Shown: positions 20,393 through 30,454, counted from the stretch's first letter. The stretch: DNA of 64,000 nucleotides from Candidatus Thiodiazotropha sp. (ex Myrtea sp. 'scaly one' KF741663) (GCA_025655555.1 JAHXIQ010000007.1:83010-147009); one strand, 5' to 3'. A program made the numbers and translations. Notes: generated by a model not told the origin, from the sequence alone.

Positions 20393-21593
20393 AAAGATTA
20401 TCGGTACCCTGCCGGATGCACGGGGGCATTTTGGCCCCTATGGGGGACTGTTCGTCTCTGAGACCCTCATGGAACCTTTGCAGGAACTGCGAGAGGCCTA
20501 CGAGCGCTATATGCAAGACGAAGACTTTCTCCGTGAGCTGGACGAGGATTTGGCCAACTATGTGGGGAGACCCTCACCGATCTACCATGCCCGGCGCTGG
20601 AGTGAGCAGTTAGGCGGGGCTCAGATCTATCTGAAGCGGGAGGATCTGAACCATACCGGCGCCCACAAGGTGAATAACACCATTGGCCAGGCTTTGCTTG
20701 CCAGGAGGATGGGCAAGACCCGTATCATTGCTGAAACCGGCGCCGGTCAACACGGCGTGGCGACTGCCACCGTAGCTGCCCGCCTGGGTCTGGAGTGTGT
20801 GGTCTACATGGGTGCTGTGGATATCGCCCGCCAGGAGGCAAACGTTTATCGAATGCGTCTGCTGGGTGCTGAAGTGAGAGCCGTCTCTTCAGGCTCCAAG
20901 ACCTTGAAGGATGCACTCAACGAGGCGATGCGAGACTGGGTGACCAATGTAGACAATACTTTTTATATCATCGGCACAGTTGCCGGCCCGCACCCCTATC
21001 CGGCAATGGTGAGAGATTTCCAGACTGTGATCGGCCGGGAGGCACGTGAGCAGATGCAGCACCAGACAGGCAGGTTGCCTGATGCACTGGTGGCCTGTGT
21101 CGGTGGCGGCTCCAATGCAATTGGACTCTTCTATCCTTTTCTCGATGACCAGGATGTGAAGATCTACGGTGTCGAGGCAGCCGGAAATGGGGTGGATACA
21201 GGTCTTCATGCCGCACCCCTGTGTGCGGGTAAGCCAGGGGTGCTGCATGGCAACCGCACCTATCTGATGGAAGATTCTGATGGGCAGATTATAGAGACCC
21301 ACTCAATTTCGGCGGGTCTGGATTACCCAGGTGTTGGACCTGAACATGCCTGGTTGAAAGATAGCGGTCGGGCAAATTATGTCGCTGTGACTGATGATGA
21401 GGCACTGGCCGCTTTCCACGATCTGACACGTATCGAAGGGATCATTCCCGCTCTCGAATCAAGTCATGCGCTTGCTTACGCAAAGAAACTGGCTCCTGAG
21501 ATGAAGCGTGATCAATCTATTCTGATCAACCTCTCCGGCAGAGGGGACAAGGACATGCATACCGTGGCTGCCAGGGAGGGTATCGAAATATGA
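20376..21593 (+). CDS. trpB: Tryptophan synthase beta chain
   Basis: The GTG start overlaps the trpF end by 17 nt. [19 protein letters not shown] (PLP Lys) and GGGSNAIG are present. Confidence 0.97.
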   Translation: MSTTAEKIIGTLPDARGHFGPYGGLFVSETLMEPLQELREAYERYMQDEDFLRELDEDLANYVGRPSPIYHARRWSEQLGGAQIYLKREDLNHTGAHKVNNTIGQALLARRMGKTRIIAETGAGQHGVATATVAARLGLECVVYMGAVDIARQEANVYRMRLLGAEVRAVSSGSKTLKDALNEAMRDWVTNVDNTFYIIGTVAGPHPYPAMVRDFQTVIGREAREQMQHQTGRLPDALVACVGGGSNAIGLFYPFLDDQDVKIYGVEAAGNGVDTGLHAAPLCAGKPGVLHGNRTYLMEDSDGQIIETHSISAGLDYPGVGPEHAWLKDSGRANYVAVTDDEALAAFHDLTRIEGIIPALESSHALAYAKKLAPEMKRDQSILINLSGRGDKDMHTVAAREGIEI

Positions 21594-22396
21594 GCCGTCT
21601 CGAAGCAAGATTCAGTCAGCTCAAGGCGACGGGCAAAAAGGCACTGATCCCCTTCATCACCGCCGGTGATCCGGTACCGGATATTACCGTGGACCTGATG
21701 CAGGACCTGGTCTCTGCCGGGGCCGATATCATCGAGTTGGGTGTGCCCTTTTCAGACCCTATGGCAGATGGGCCGGTGATCCAGCGTGCCAGTGAACGGG
21801 CCCTGGAGCACCACGTCAGTCTGCGAGATGTCATGCAGATGGTGAGCCGTTTCCGAGAGTTGGACAACGAGACTCCTGTGGTGCTGATGGGCTATCTCAA
21901 TCCCATCGAGATTATGGGTTACGAGACCTTTGCTGCGCAGGCGGCTGAAGCGGGGGTGGATGGTATATTGGTGGTGGATCTTCCCCCGGAAGAGGGTGCA
22001 GAATTATTAGAGGCAATGAAGGGTAGAGGACTTGATCAGATCTACCTGATTGCACCGACCAGCACACCGGAGCGGATAAAAACCATCTGTGACGCAGCAG
22101 GCGGCTTCGTCTACTATGTCTCAGTGAAGGGTGTGACAGGCGCCAGCCATCTCGATCTCCAAACAGTGGAGAGTAAACTGCGGGATATCAGGGCCGTTAC
22201 TAACCTGCCGGTAGGTGTTGGTTTTGGTATCAAGGACGCCCAGACGGCTGCTGCTGTCTCTCGTCTGGCAGATGCGGTAGTTGTGGGTAGCGCGCTGGTC
22301 TCCCGAGTGGAGGCGCTGGCTGAAGAGCCGGAAAAAATTGGCCGCGCACTGGAAGAGGTCATTGCATCCATGCGAAAAGCCATGGATGAGGTATAA
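21590..22396 (+). CDS. trpA: Tryptophan synthase alpha chain
   Basis: ATGA overlap with trp[10 protein letters not shown] and [17 protein letters not shown] motifs are present. Confidence 0.97.
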   Translation: MSRLEARFSQLKATGKKALIPFITAGDPVPDITVDLMQDLVSAGADIIELGVPFSDPMADGPVIQRASERALEHHVSLRDVMQMVSRFRELDNETPVVLMGYLNPIEIMGYETFAAQAAEAGVDGILVVDLPPEEGAELLEAMKGRGLDQIYLIAPTSTPERIKTICDAAGGFVYYVSVKGVTGASHLDLQTVESKLRDIRAVTNLPVGVGFGIKDAQTAAAVSRLADAVVVGSALVSRVEALAEEPEKIGRALEEVIASMRKAMDEV

Positions 22397-22429
22397 ACAA
22401 ACCATAAAGATGAAGGGCCGGAAACAACC

Positions 22430-23290
22430 ATGAGTTGGTTCGAAAAATTAATGCCAAGCCGCATTCGTACGGATGCCGGCCATAAACGAGCGGTGCCTGA
22501 GGGGCTTTGGACCAAATGTCCCGGGTGTAACGCAATTCTCTATCGGGCTGAGATGGAGCGCAATCTCGATGTCTGCCCCAAATGTAATCATCACAATCGG
22601 ATCAGCGCACGTCGCCGGATCGAAACCTTCCTCGACCCGGAACCGCAGGAGGAGATTGGTGCCAGTCTCGAGTCGGTCGATCCACTGAAATTCAAGGACA
22701 GCAAAAAGTATAAGGAGCGTATCAGTCAGGCACAGAAGGTTTCCGGTGAAAAGGATGCATTGGTTGCTGTGCGTGGTCAGGTGAAAGGCCTGGATGTGGT
22801 AGTCGCCGCTTTTGAGTTCAGTTTCATGGGGGGCTCCATGGGTTCGGTCGTGGGTGAGCGCTTTGTGCGAGCCGTCAACATGGCCCTGGAGCGGCATATA
22901 CCACTGGTCTGTTACTCTGCCAGTGGCGGCGCGCGTATGCAGGAGTCACTCTTCTCGCTGATGCAAATGGCCAAGACCAGTGCCGCATTGGAACGCTTGC
23001 AAAAGAGGGGTTTACCCTTCATTTCCATAATGACCGATCCCACCATGGGTGGCGTTTCAGCCAGCTTGGCAATGTTGGGCGACATCAATATCGGCGAACC
23101 CAATGCACTGATCGGCTTCGCCGGCCCCAGGGTTATCGAGCAGACGGTGCGGGAGAAACTGCCCGAGGGATTCCAGCGCAGTGAATTTCTGTTGGAACAT
23201 GGTGCTATCGACATGATCATTGATCGCAGGGATATGCGTGACCGGGTTGCCGACCTGCTTAGCATCATGATGGACAAAGCGCGTCCCTGA
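22430..23290 (+). CDS. accD: Acetyl-CoA carboxylase carboxyltransferase beta subunit
   Basis: MSWFEKL is followed by the Zn ribbon CPGC...CPKC. FMGGSMG is present. Confidence 0.97.
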   Translation: MSWFEKLMPSRIRTDAGHKRAVPEGLWTKCPGCNAILYRAEMERNLDVCPKCNHHNRISARRRIETFLDPEPQEEIGASLESVDPLKFKDSKKYKERISQAQKVSGEKDALVAVRGQVKGLDVVVAAFEFSFMGGSMGSVVGERFVRAVNMALERHIPLVCYSASGGARMQESLFSLMQMAKTSAALERLQKRGLPFISIMTDPTMGGVSASLAMLGDINIGEPNALIGFAGPRVIEQTVREKLPEGFQRSEFLLEHGAIDMIIDRRDMRDRVADLLSIMMDKARP

Positions 23291-23303
23291 GCCTAACTGC
23301 TCT

Positions 23304-24572
23304 ATGCGATTCGACACGCTGGATCAGTGGTTAGACTGGCAGTCGACACTACATCCACAGGAGATCGAGCTGGGACTTGAGCGGGTTGCCGATGTCTGGC
23401 AACGTCTCAAACCAGATGGACTCGCAAGCCTGGTAATTACTGTGGCTGGAACCAACGGCAAAGGCTCCTGTGTGGCGATGCTGGACAGCATCTACCGTCA
23501 AGCGGGGTATCGAGTCGGAGTCTACACCTCACCGCATCTAATCCACTATAAAGAGCGCATCAAGCTGGACGGTAAACCTGTCGAGGACAGGCGTCTGTGC
23601 GAAATTTTTGATGCTATCGACAAGGCGCGTGGCGATACAACCCTGACCTATTTTGAGTTCGGTACCCTGGCGGCACTCTATGTTTTTGCTGAGGAACATC
23701 CGGATCTGGTGATTCTGGAGGTGGGGCTTGGTGGCAGACTGGATGCTGTTAATATCATTGATGCCGATCTTGCGCTGATCTCCTCTATTGATCTTGACCA
23801 TACCGATTGGCTGGGTGAAACCCGGGAGGAGATCGGTATGGAAAAGGCGGGCATCATGCGACCGGACAGACCGGTAGTATTGGCAGATCCCGAAATGCCC
23901 AACTCGGTCTTTACCGCCGTGCAACAGGTAGGGGCACGTGCATTAACGCTCGGACGAGATTATAACTTTCATCAAACTGCCGCGGGTTGGCAATGGTCAG
24001 GGCCAGACGGAACTCTACTCAATCTGCCCGTGCCGGCGCTGCCAGGCCTATGGCAGCTTCAGAATGCCGCTGCCGTTGTGATGGCTTGTCGATGTTTGCA
24101 ACAGCAGCTTGAATGCAGAGATGAGGATTTGGTTGCGGGCCTTGAGCAGGCCAGGCTCCCAGGTCGTCTGCAGCTGATAACCGGCAGGCCAAATGTATTA
24201 CTGGATGTGGCGCACAATCCTCAGGCGGTGAGAAGCCTGCGGTCATATCTTGCCAGGCACCCTGAGCAGAGCCCAATAAGGGCTGTTTTTGGTCTGTTAC
24301 ATGACAAGGATGCCGCGGCTGTCGCCTCGATTATGGGCGACAGTATCGAAGCGTGGCATTTGATGGATCTGCCCGGGAATCGTGGACGCTTATCCAACGC
24401 GCTGGCGGGGACAATGCGGGATGCAGGCATTACCGCCCCAATACACGGTTACCAGACTTTCACAGAAGCTTTTGACGCTGCCCGATCAGAGGCAAAAGGC
24501 CAGGGTTTGATTCTAATATTCGGCTCATTTCTCGTGGTTGGTGAAGCAATGCAATATTTGAGTATTGAGTAG
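23304..24572 (+). CDS. folC: Bifunctional folylpolyglutamate synthase / dihydrofolate synthase
   Basis: 422 aa. The P-loop VAGTNGKGS and the motif YTSPHL are present. The accD-folC synteny fits. Confidence 0.95.
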   Translation: MRFDTLDQWLDWQSTLHPQEIELGLERVADVWQRLKPDGLASLVITVAGTNGKGSCVAMLDSIYRQAGYRVGVYTSPHLIHYKERIKLDGKPVEDRRLCEIFDAIDKARGDTTLTYFEFGTLAALYVFAEEHPDLVILEVGLGGRLDAVNIIDADLALISSIDLDHTDWLGETREEIGMEKAGIMRPDRPVVLADPEMPNSVFTAVQQVGARALTLGRDYNFHQTAAGWQWSGPDGTLLNLPVPALPGLWQLQNAAAVVMACRCLQQQLECRDEDLVAGLEQARLPGRLQLITGRPNVLLDVAHNPQAVRSLRSYLARHPEQSPIRAVFGLLHDKDAAAVASIMGDSIEAWHLMDLPGNRGRLSNALAGTMRDAGITAPIHGYQTFTEAFDAARSEAKGQGLILIFGSFLVVGEAMQYLSIE

Positions 24573-24664
24573 CCGATATCCACTACCCAGCTGATATACT
24601 TGGACGAAGTGGGTTTGGTGGACTGTCCATTGACCTGTCAAATACGTATAAGTGGATCTGATCT

Positions 24665-25192
24665 ATGGCCTTGGAGGAGAGATTAAAACAGCGGTTGATC
24701 GGTGCTGCCGTATTGGTGGCGCTGGTGGTGATCTTCGTGCCCATGCTGATCGATGAACCCATTGACAGCAAATTGGTGTCAGATCACACGATCCCTGCCA
24801 AGCCACCTGCACTGGTCAAGCCTATGCCGGAGATCCTGCCTGCTAAACCACCGATTGTGAAACCTGTTGAACGGGTGCCGGAAGTCCCACCGAAACCTGC
24901 AGCACCAGAGCCGGTTAAGAAACCGGTAGCTCAAAAAGAGCAAAGAAAGTCACCAACGGCCTGGATGATTCAAGTTGCGAGTCTGACGGTTCAGAAAAAT
25001 GCGGAAAAACTGGTTGCTGATTTAAAAAAAGCCGACCTGCCGGCACAACTGGAAAAGGTCGCGGTAGCGGGTAAAAAACACTATCGTGTACGTGTCGGCC
25101 CTGAAGTGGATTTCAAGACCGCTGAACGGATGGCGAAAAAAATCAAACGTGATTTCAAATTGACGCCAAAAGTCATGCGCTATCCCGAATAG
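24665..25192 (+). CDS. SPOR-domain cell-division protein (DedD-like)
   Basis: The protein has one N-terminal TM helix, a Pro/Lys-rich linker and a C-terminal SPOR-like fold (WMIQVASLTVQKNAEKLVADLKK...YRVRVGP). Its position after folC matches dedD in enterics. Confidence 0.8.
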   Translation: MALEERLKQRLIGAAVLVALVVIFVPMLIDEPIDSKLVSDHTIPAKPPALVKPMPEILPAKPPIVKPVERVPEVPPKPAAPEPVKKPVAQKEQRKSPTAWMIQVASLTVQKNAEKLVADLKKADLPAQLEKVAVAGKKHYRVRVGPEVDFKTAERMAKKIKRDFKLTPKVMRYPE

Positions 25193-25212
25193 CTAGATTA
25201 ACTCATCTGAAC

Positions 25213-26142
25213 ATGAACATAGCAACACAAGCTCAATCAGTCCTCAACGGTCTTTTGGATAAAAATCCGCCAAAGTGGCTGGAGTCTTTTATCTCCAACA
25301 CCCTTCCTATGGTTGTGACGCTTTTGCTGGTTGTGATCATCGGAGCGAAGTTGGCTGAGCTGACCTGGCGACTGATTCCGGTGCCTGATAGCGAGCTGTC
25401 TAGCAAGCAGCAGATAGTACGCAAACCGTTGCCAAGCGGTAGTCGCAAGGACGATGAGGTGCAGCTGGAGCAGACTGCGAATCTTCATCTCTTCGGCGAG
25501 GCTGGCATGGTAAAACCGGTCAAACAGATTGAGCAAAAAGCGCCTGAAACACGCTTAAATTTGACCCTGCATGGTGTGTTCGTTGAGGAGAATCCGGAGC
25601 AGGGTGCGGCCATCATTGGCACATCCGGCGCCAAACAGAAATATTACAAGGTGGGTGCCAATGTGATGAGTGGGGTGAAGCTTCAGGGCGTTTTCGATGA
25701 TCGCGTGGTACTGTTGCGCAATGGTCAGTCGGAGGTCCTGCGCTTTCCGAAAGTATCCAACAGAAGTGCCAATGTGGCATCTGCCAGACCTGCAGCATCG
25801 ACCCGTTCGAGTAGAGCCGGTGCTGTGAATGCGGCCTCTCTGAGTGAATATCGTGAGGTTTTTCAGAAGGAACCACTCAAGATCTTCGAACATGTGAGAT
25901 TTGTACCTGTCAGGTCAAGAGATGGCCTGAAAGGTTATCGAGTACTGCCACAGAAAAATCGTGAACTATACAACAAGCTTGGCATCCGCCCCTCGGATCT
26001 TGTGACGGGAGTCAATGGTGTGACGTTGACCAATGACAAGGAGGCCATGAAGTTGATTCAAATGCTCAAGGATGCCAGCTCGGTTCAGGTCGATATTGTC
26101 AGAAACGGCCAACCGCAGTCTCTTAATTTTAATCTCAACTGA
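25213..26142 (+). CDS. gspC: Type II secretion system protein C-like (TM + HR domain + PDZ)
   Basis: The protein has an N-terminal TM helix. The HR-type segment is LNLTLHGVFVEE...AAIIGTSG.KQKYYKVGANV..VKLQGVFDDRVVLLRNGQSEVLRFP. A C-terminal PDZ-like segment is present (GYRVLP....LYNKLGIRPSDLVTGVNG). Confidence 0.65.
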   Translation: MNIATQAQSVLNGLLDKNPPKWLESFISNTLPMVVTLLLVVIIGAKLAELTWRLIPVPDSELSSKQQIVRKPLPSGSRKDDEVQLEQTANLHLFGEAGMVKPVKQIEQKAPETRLNLTLHGVFVEENPEQGAAIIGTSGAKQKYYKVGANVMSGVKLQGVFDDRVVLLRNGQSEVLRFPKVSNRSANVASARPAASTRSSRAGAVNAASLSEYREVFQKEPLKIFEHVRFVPVRSRDGLKGYRVLPQKNRELYNKLGIRPSDLVTGVNGVTLTNDKEAMKLIQMLKDASSVQVDIVRNGQPQSLNFNLN

Positions 26143-26182
26143 TCAATCGTCTTACTGCCGTTTGTGGATTTCAGCGTGCTGC

Positions 26183-26821
26183 TCAGAGATCCGGTGTCGC
26201 AGGTGGTGTGGGTTGGGTGGGCACCAGAGCGACTTCATCTCCCTGTTCAAGCTTGGTGAAATACTCCGCAAATTGCTTGTTGATCGTCGGTCGCAGCAGC
26301 GACTCATCAAATATGGGTGCCAGCTGAGGGCGCCGTGTACGTAGCAGCTTCAACAGATCGGAGATAGTGATAACCGATTTTGGCAGGTTGATCTCCTCAC
26401 TCTCCTTGCCTGCTTTGTTGGCCAGCCAGGCGAAATAGAAGAGCTTGATGTTGCGCTCTTGATCCACTGTCTCATTACGCTGGTACCCCAGGGCTTCCAG
26501 CTTCTCGAGATAGATCTGCCAGTTCTTTTCCTGATCTTGTCCGAGTTGATAGAGGGTTTCCCAGGCATAGATGCCGGTGTCGTGCCCATCATCGAAGATT
26601 AACCGGATGGCGTACTGACCCTGAGGTTCAATCCGTTCGATATTGACCAACTCCTTGCCGGTCACCAGTGTTTTGCCGGATTTGACCTCGGCAGCAGTGG
26701 AGAAGACACGGAGATATTCACAGGGTAATTCGAAGCTGGCTCCATCCGAGAAGCGCAGGGCCAGAAGGCGTGACTTCTGATGCAGGTTGATTTCCACAGG
26801 TATGGGAATTTCATTGCTCAT
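26183..26821 (-). CDS. DUF971 domain fused to a MoaD/ThiS-like beta-grasp domain
   Basis: I trimmed the ORF to ATG 26821. The N-terminal half (LALRFSDGASFELPCEYLRV.S....IRLIFDDGHDTGIYAWETLYQLG) reads as DUF971. The C-terminal half (IKLFYFAWLANKAGKESEEINLP...LEQGDEVALVP) reads as MoaD-like, but it ends TQPTPPATPDL rather than GG. Confidence 0.7.
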   Translation of the reverse strand: MSNEIPIPVEINLHQKSRLLALRFSDGASFELPCEYLRVFSTAAEVKSGKTLVTGKELVNIERIEPQGQYAIRLIFDDGHDTGIYAWETLYQLGQDQEKNWQIYLEKLEALGYQRNETVDQERNIKLFYFAWLANKAGKESEEINLPKSVITISDLLKLLRTRRPQLAPIFDESLLRPTINKQFAEYFTKLEQGDEVALVPTQPTPPATPDL

Positions 26822-27096
26822 GGTGATACCGATCAATCTTGCGGGGCAGGGAGCGGGATGATGTCATAATTTGCTATCCGGCTTCAACCGGGAGGAGCCT
26901 CTGTGAACGAACCGGGATCAGTGATTATGGGGCCTTATCTGAGCGGGAAAAACCTACAAATACTTGCTTTTTATGGATTCATCCGGTTTTCAGGTCGATT
27001 GTCTGACTGATAAAGGTGAGTCGCAAGGAGATCGAGTGACAGATGGTGCCTTCGATTCATACTATTAAGGTGCCAGGTTAATATTGTGGCGGACCC

Positions 27097-27945
27097 TCAT
27101 CTCTGACCCTTGCCAGAAACAGAAAGCAAAGCCTTGTCCATGACTCGGCTGCTAAGCAGTCGACGTAGAAAAGCGAATAGATGAGTGGGAAAGGTGACGT
27201 GATAGCGGGGTTTGGGATGGGGGCTCTCCAGAGCATGAATCACCTTCTTTAAAACCGCCTCAGGTGGCAGGGTGAAGGGGGCAGCCGGTCCCTCTTTCTC
27301 CAATCGCGCAAGCATGGATTGGTAGTGATCTTTATGAAAGGAGTGCGCCTGATCGATGTTTTTACGCCAATGCGCTAAGGCATTGATGCGAAAGCGACTC
27401 TCAATGGGACCGGGTTCGATCAGGGAGACATGGATGCCACTGTCCGCCAGTTCCAGCCGTAAAGTATCACTCAATCCCTCCAGGGCAAATTTACTGGCTA
27501 CATAGGCGCCACGGTAGGGTAAAGTCATGAATCCCAGAATGGAGCTATTTTGAATGATGCGGCCTTCCCCATGTCGACGCATGTGAGGTATGAGCAGGCA
27601 GGTCAATTCGTGCAAGCCGAATAGATTGGTCTCGAACTGGTGACGGAGGGTCTCACGAGATAGATCCTCCACTGCGCCTGGTTGCCCATAGGCACCGTTG
27701 TTGAAGAGTGCATAGAGCTTACCCCCCGAGAGAGCCAGAGTCTGCTCAACCGCAAGGGTGATGGATTGACTGTCATCCAGGTCCAGGGGGAGCGCATCAA
27801 ACCCCTGCTGTTGCAGATGCTGGACATCATGTGCCTTTCTTGCTGTAGCAATGACATGATAACCACGGGCTTTCAGCCCCTTTGCGACACAGTACCCGAT
27901 GCCACTGGAGCAACCGGTGATGAGTACAGTTTTTTTACCAGACAT
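27097..27945 (-). CDS. Short-chain dehydrogenase/reductase (SDR) family oxidoreductase
   Basis: TGCSSGIG is the cofactor-binding motif, NNG is present, and Y....K (YVASK) is the catalytic motif. Confidence 0.9.
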   Translation of the reverse strand: MSGKKTVLITGCSSGIGYCVAKGLKARGYHVIATARKAHDVQHLQQQGFDALPLDLDDSQSITLAVEQTLALSGGKLYALFNNGAYGQPGAVEDLSRETLRHQFETNLFGLHELTCLLIPHMRRHGEGRIIQNSSILGFMTLPYRGAYVASKFALEGLSDTLRLELADSGIHVSLIEPGPIESRFRINALAHWRKNIDQAHSFHKDHYQSMLARLEKEGPAAPFTLPPEAVLKKVIHALESPHPKPRYHVTFPTHLFAFLRRLLSSRVMDKALLSVSGKGQR

Positions 27946-28031
27946 GGGCCAAAGAATACTCGATTAGGTTCATCATTGTCTCGTGCTTGGGAAATGTAAA
28001 CTTTTCGTCACTTTTATGACGTAAAAGGAAT

Positions 28032-28058
28032 TAAAGTTTCACCACGGATGTCCGCTAA
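28032..28058 (+). promoter_or_regulatory. Sigma28 (FliA)-type promoter upstream of pomA
   Basis: TAAAGTTT (28032-28039), an 11-nt spacer, then TCCGCTAA (28051-28058). Against the consensus TAAAGTTT-N11-GCCGATAA this is 8/8 and 6/8. It lies about 120 nt upstream of the pomA GTG. Confidence 0.55.
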
Positions 28059-28181
28059 ATAAATCAGAGTGGGATCGAAGAAGCGGCCTCATCCGATCTG
28101 CCTTATTGATAAGAAAAATGAGCCAGAACAGCCAGCTTCTTCGATAGAGCGTTAACTATCGGGGAGTCGGAGTTTACACAG

Positions 28182-28940
28182 GTGGATATTGCTACACTGG
28201 TCGGTTTGCTGGGTGGGTTCGGCATCATCATCGGCGCCATTGCTTCGGGTGGCGATGTCATGCTGTTCGTCAATGTCCCCTCGATTCTCATTGTTGTGGG
28301 CGGCACCTTTATGGTGACCCTGATGCAGGTCTCCCTGGGGGATTTTCTTGGCTCCTTCAGTATCGGCATGAAAGCCTTCTTCTACAAAACTGACGACCCG
28401 AAAAAACTGATCGAGGAAGCGGTTGAGCTGGCGGACATCGCACGTAAAAATGGCCTGCTGGCCCTGGAGGGACAGGAGATCGGTAACCCATTCCTCCAGC
28501 AGGGTATCAGTCTGTGTGTCGATGGACATGATCCCGCCCTGGTAAACAAATTACTGACAAAAGATATTGACCTGACCATTCAACGTCATGAAGTCGGGCA
28601 GACCATGTTCAAGAACATGGCAACCATGGCTCCCGCAATGGGTATGATCGGTACCCTGGTAGGTCTGGTACAGATGCTGGCGAATATGTCAGATCCGGCG
28701 AGCATAGGCCCCGCCATGGCCGTGGCCCTGTTGACCACGCTCTACGGTGCGGTCATCGCCAATGCCTTTGCCCAACCGATGTCTGAAAAGCTGGCGCGTG
28801 CCAGTAGTATGGAAAAGACGAACAAGTCTCTGATCATCGAGACCATATCCGGGATACAGGAAGGTATGAACCCGCGGGTGCTTGAGCAGTTGTTGAGTAC
28901 TTATCTGCCGACCGGTAAGCGCCCGACTCAGGAAGCCTGA
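28182..28940 (+). CDS. pomA: Flagellar stator protein PomA (MotA family)
   Basis: 252 aa. MDIATLVGLLGGFGIIIGAI...ILIVVGG and APAMGMIGTLVGLV.ML.NM.DP..IGPAMAVALLTTLYGA closely resemble remembered Vibrio PomA. Confidence 0.92.
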   Translation: MDIATLVGLLGGFGIIIGAIASGGDVMLFVNVPSILIVVGGTFMVTLMQVSLGDFLGSFSIGMKAFFYKTDDPKKLIEEAVELADIARKNGLLALEGQEIGNPFLQQGISLCVDGHDPALVNKLLTKDIDLTIQRHEVGQTMFKNMATMAPAMGMIGTLVGLVQMLANMSDPASIGPAMAVALLTTLYGAVIANAFAQPMSEKLARASSMEKTNKSLIIETISGIQEGMNPRVLEQLLSTYLPTGKRPTQEA

Positions 28941-28944
28941 CACA

Positions 28945-29814
28945 ATGGCAGATGAATGCCCCAAATGTGATGCAGGGTTACCGCCCTGGCTGGCAACCTT
29001 TGCAGATCTGATGTCACTTCTGATGTGCTTCTTCGTACTGTTGCTATCATTTGCTGAGATGGATGCTGTGCGATTCAAGAAGATGGCAGAGTCGATGAAG
29101 GACGCTTTTGGTGTACAGCGGGAGATTCCGACCAACGAAATCGTCAAGGGCACCAGCGTGATTATGCAGGAGTTCAGCTCCGGCAAGCCAGAGCCGACGC
29201 CGATCAAGGAGATTCGCCAGCAGACCACTGAGATCGAGAAGGAGCATCTCGATTTAGAGCAGCAATCCCAAGAGTCATTAGATATTGATGCCGCCAAGGC
29301 AGCGATGCAGGCTGAGCTGGAAAAAGAGGTGGAAGCACAGGCGGAAGAGCTGAAAGAGCAGCTTGATCAGGAGATTGAAGAAGGTTTGCTTGATGTGGAA
29401 AGAGAGGATACCAAGATCATTATCCGTATTCAGGAGAAGGGCTCGTTCCCATCTGGCCGCGCCAACCTGAACCCGGATTTTTTCGAGGTAATCTCAAAGA
29501 TTACCGATGTCATTGCTGGTACACCTGGCAAGATCATCGTCGCGGGTCATACTGACAATATACCGATTTCTACCAAGCGGTTCCGCTCCAACTGGGAGCT
29601 CTCTTCTGCGAGAGCGGTAACTGTGGTGCATGCGATGTTGAGTAATGCAGCCCTCGACGAGAATCGCTTCCTGATCCAGGGCTTTGCCGATTCACAACCG
29701 TTGATGCCCAATGATTCCCGGGAGAATCGGGCGCAGAACCGCCGGGTTGAGCTGATCATCCAGCGTGGTGATGATGTCGATAATGGTGAGGTGATCCAGG
29801 CCAGCGAAAGCTGA
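28945..29814 (+). CDS. pomB: Flagellar stator protein PomB (MotB/OmpA family)
   Basis: The N-terminus CPKCDAGLPPWLATFADLMSLLMCFFVLLLSFAEMD is PomB-like. An acidic coiled-coil linker follows. The C-terminal OmpA-like domain is GHTDN.P....FRSNWELSSARA. Confidence 0.92.
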   Translation: MADECPKCDAGLPPWLATFADLMSLLMCFFVLLLSFAEMDAVRFKKMAESMKDAFGVQREIPTNEIVKGTSVIMQEFSSGKPEPTPIKEIRQQTTEIEKEHLDLEQQSQESLDIDAAKAAMQAELEKEVEAQAEELKEQLDQEIEEGLLDVEREDTKIIIRIQEKGSFPSGRANLNPDFFEVISKITDVIAGTPGKIIVAGHTDNIPISTKRFRSNWELSSARAVTVVHAMLSNAALDENRFLIQGFADSQPLMPNDSRENRAQNRRVELIIQRGDDVDNGEVIQASES

Positions 29815-29869
29815 AGATCTGAGCAGCAATACCACGTAAAGAATGATGACGAGAGGAGAGCTGGACAAA

Positions 29870-30454
29870 ATGACCGACGAACGCAGAGAGTTCTTTCGAA
29901 TCGATGATGCCATCCAGGTGAGTTACAGCGTCATCCAGGCAGCGGATCTGCCTGCCAGCATTGATGACCGGTTGCAGGATGATAGATTTAGCGTCATGAC
30001 GCGCATGCAGGCAATCAGCCAACACCTCTCGGCCCCCCTGCATCGCATCGAGCAGCGGGACCCGGATGTGGCCGATTACCTCAAGGCCCTGGATGAGAAA
30101 ATTAATCTGCTGGGGCAGAGTTTCCTGGCGGAAGAGAGTGAGCTGCTGGGCCAGCCATCCCGTTCTGTCAACCTGAGTGCCGGTGGATTGGCGATGGATA
30201 TCGTTGAACCCCTGGAAATCGGCAATTTGGTCGAAATCAAGCTTTTGTTGTTACCTTCTTATACCGGCGTGCTGGCTTATGGCGAGGTAGTCGGGGTGGA
30301 TGCCTCTCAAGATGGGGATGTAGGCTATCCACATCATGTCCGTATCAATTTTTCTCTCATTCGCAATAGTGATCAGGATGCCCTGATACGCCACATCATG
30401 CGACGTCAGGGTGAGATGTTGCGACAGCGCAGAGAACAGCAGGAGCTGACTTAG
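29870..30454 (+). CDS. PilZ-domain protein with widely separated c-di-GMP-binding half-motifs
   Basis: I chose ATG 29870 because GAGGAG lies about 10 nt upstream; the ORF track starts at 29843. RxxxR is RREFFR at the N-terminus. N.S..G (NLSAGG) follows about 90 residues later, then a beta-rich C-terminus. Confidence 0.8.
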   Translation: MTDERREFFRIDDAIQVSYSVIQAADLPASIDDRLQDDRFSVMTRMQAISQHLSAPLHRIEQRDPDVADYLKALDEKINLLGQSFLAEESELLGQPSRSVNLSAGGLAMDIVEPLEIGNLVEIKLLLLPSYTGVLAYGEVVGVDASQDGDVGYPHHVRINFSLIRNSDQDALIRHIMRRQGEMLRQRREQQELT

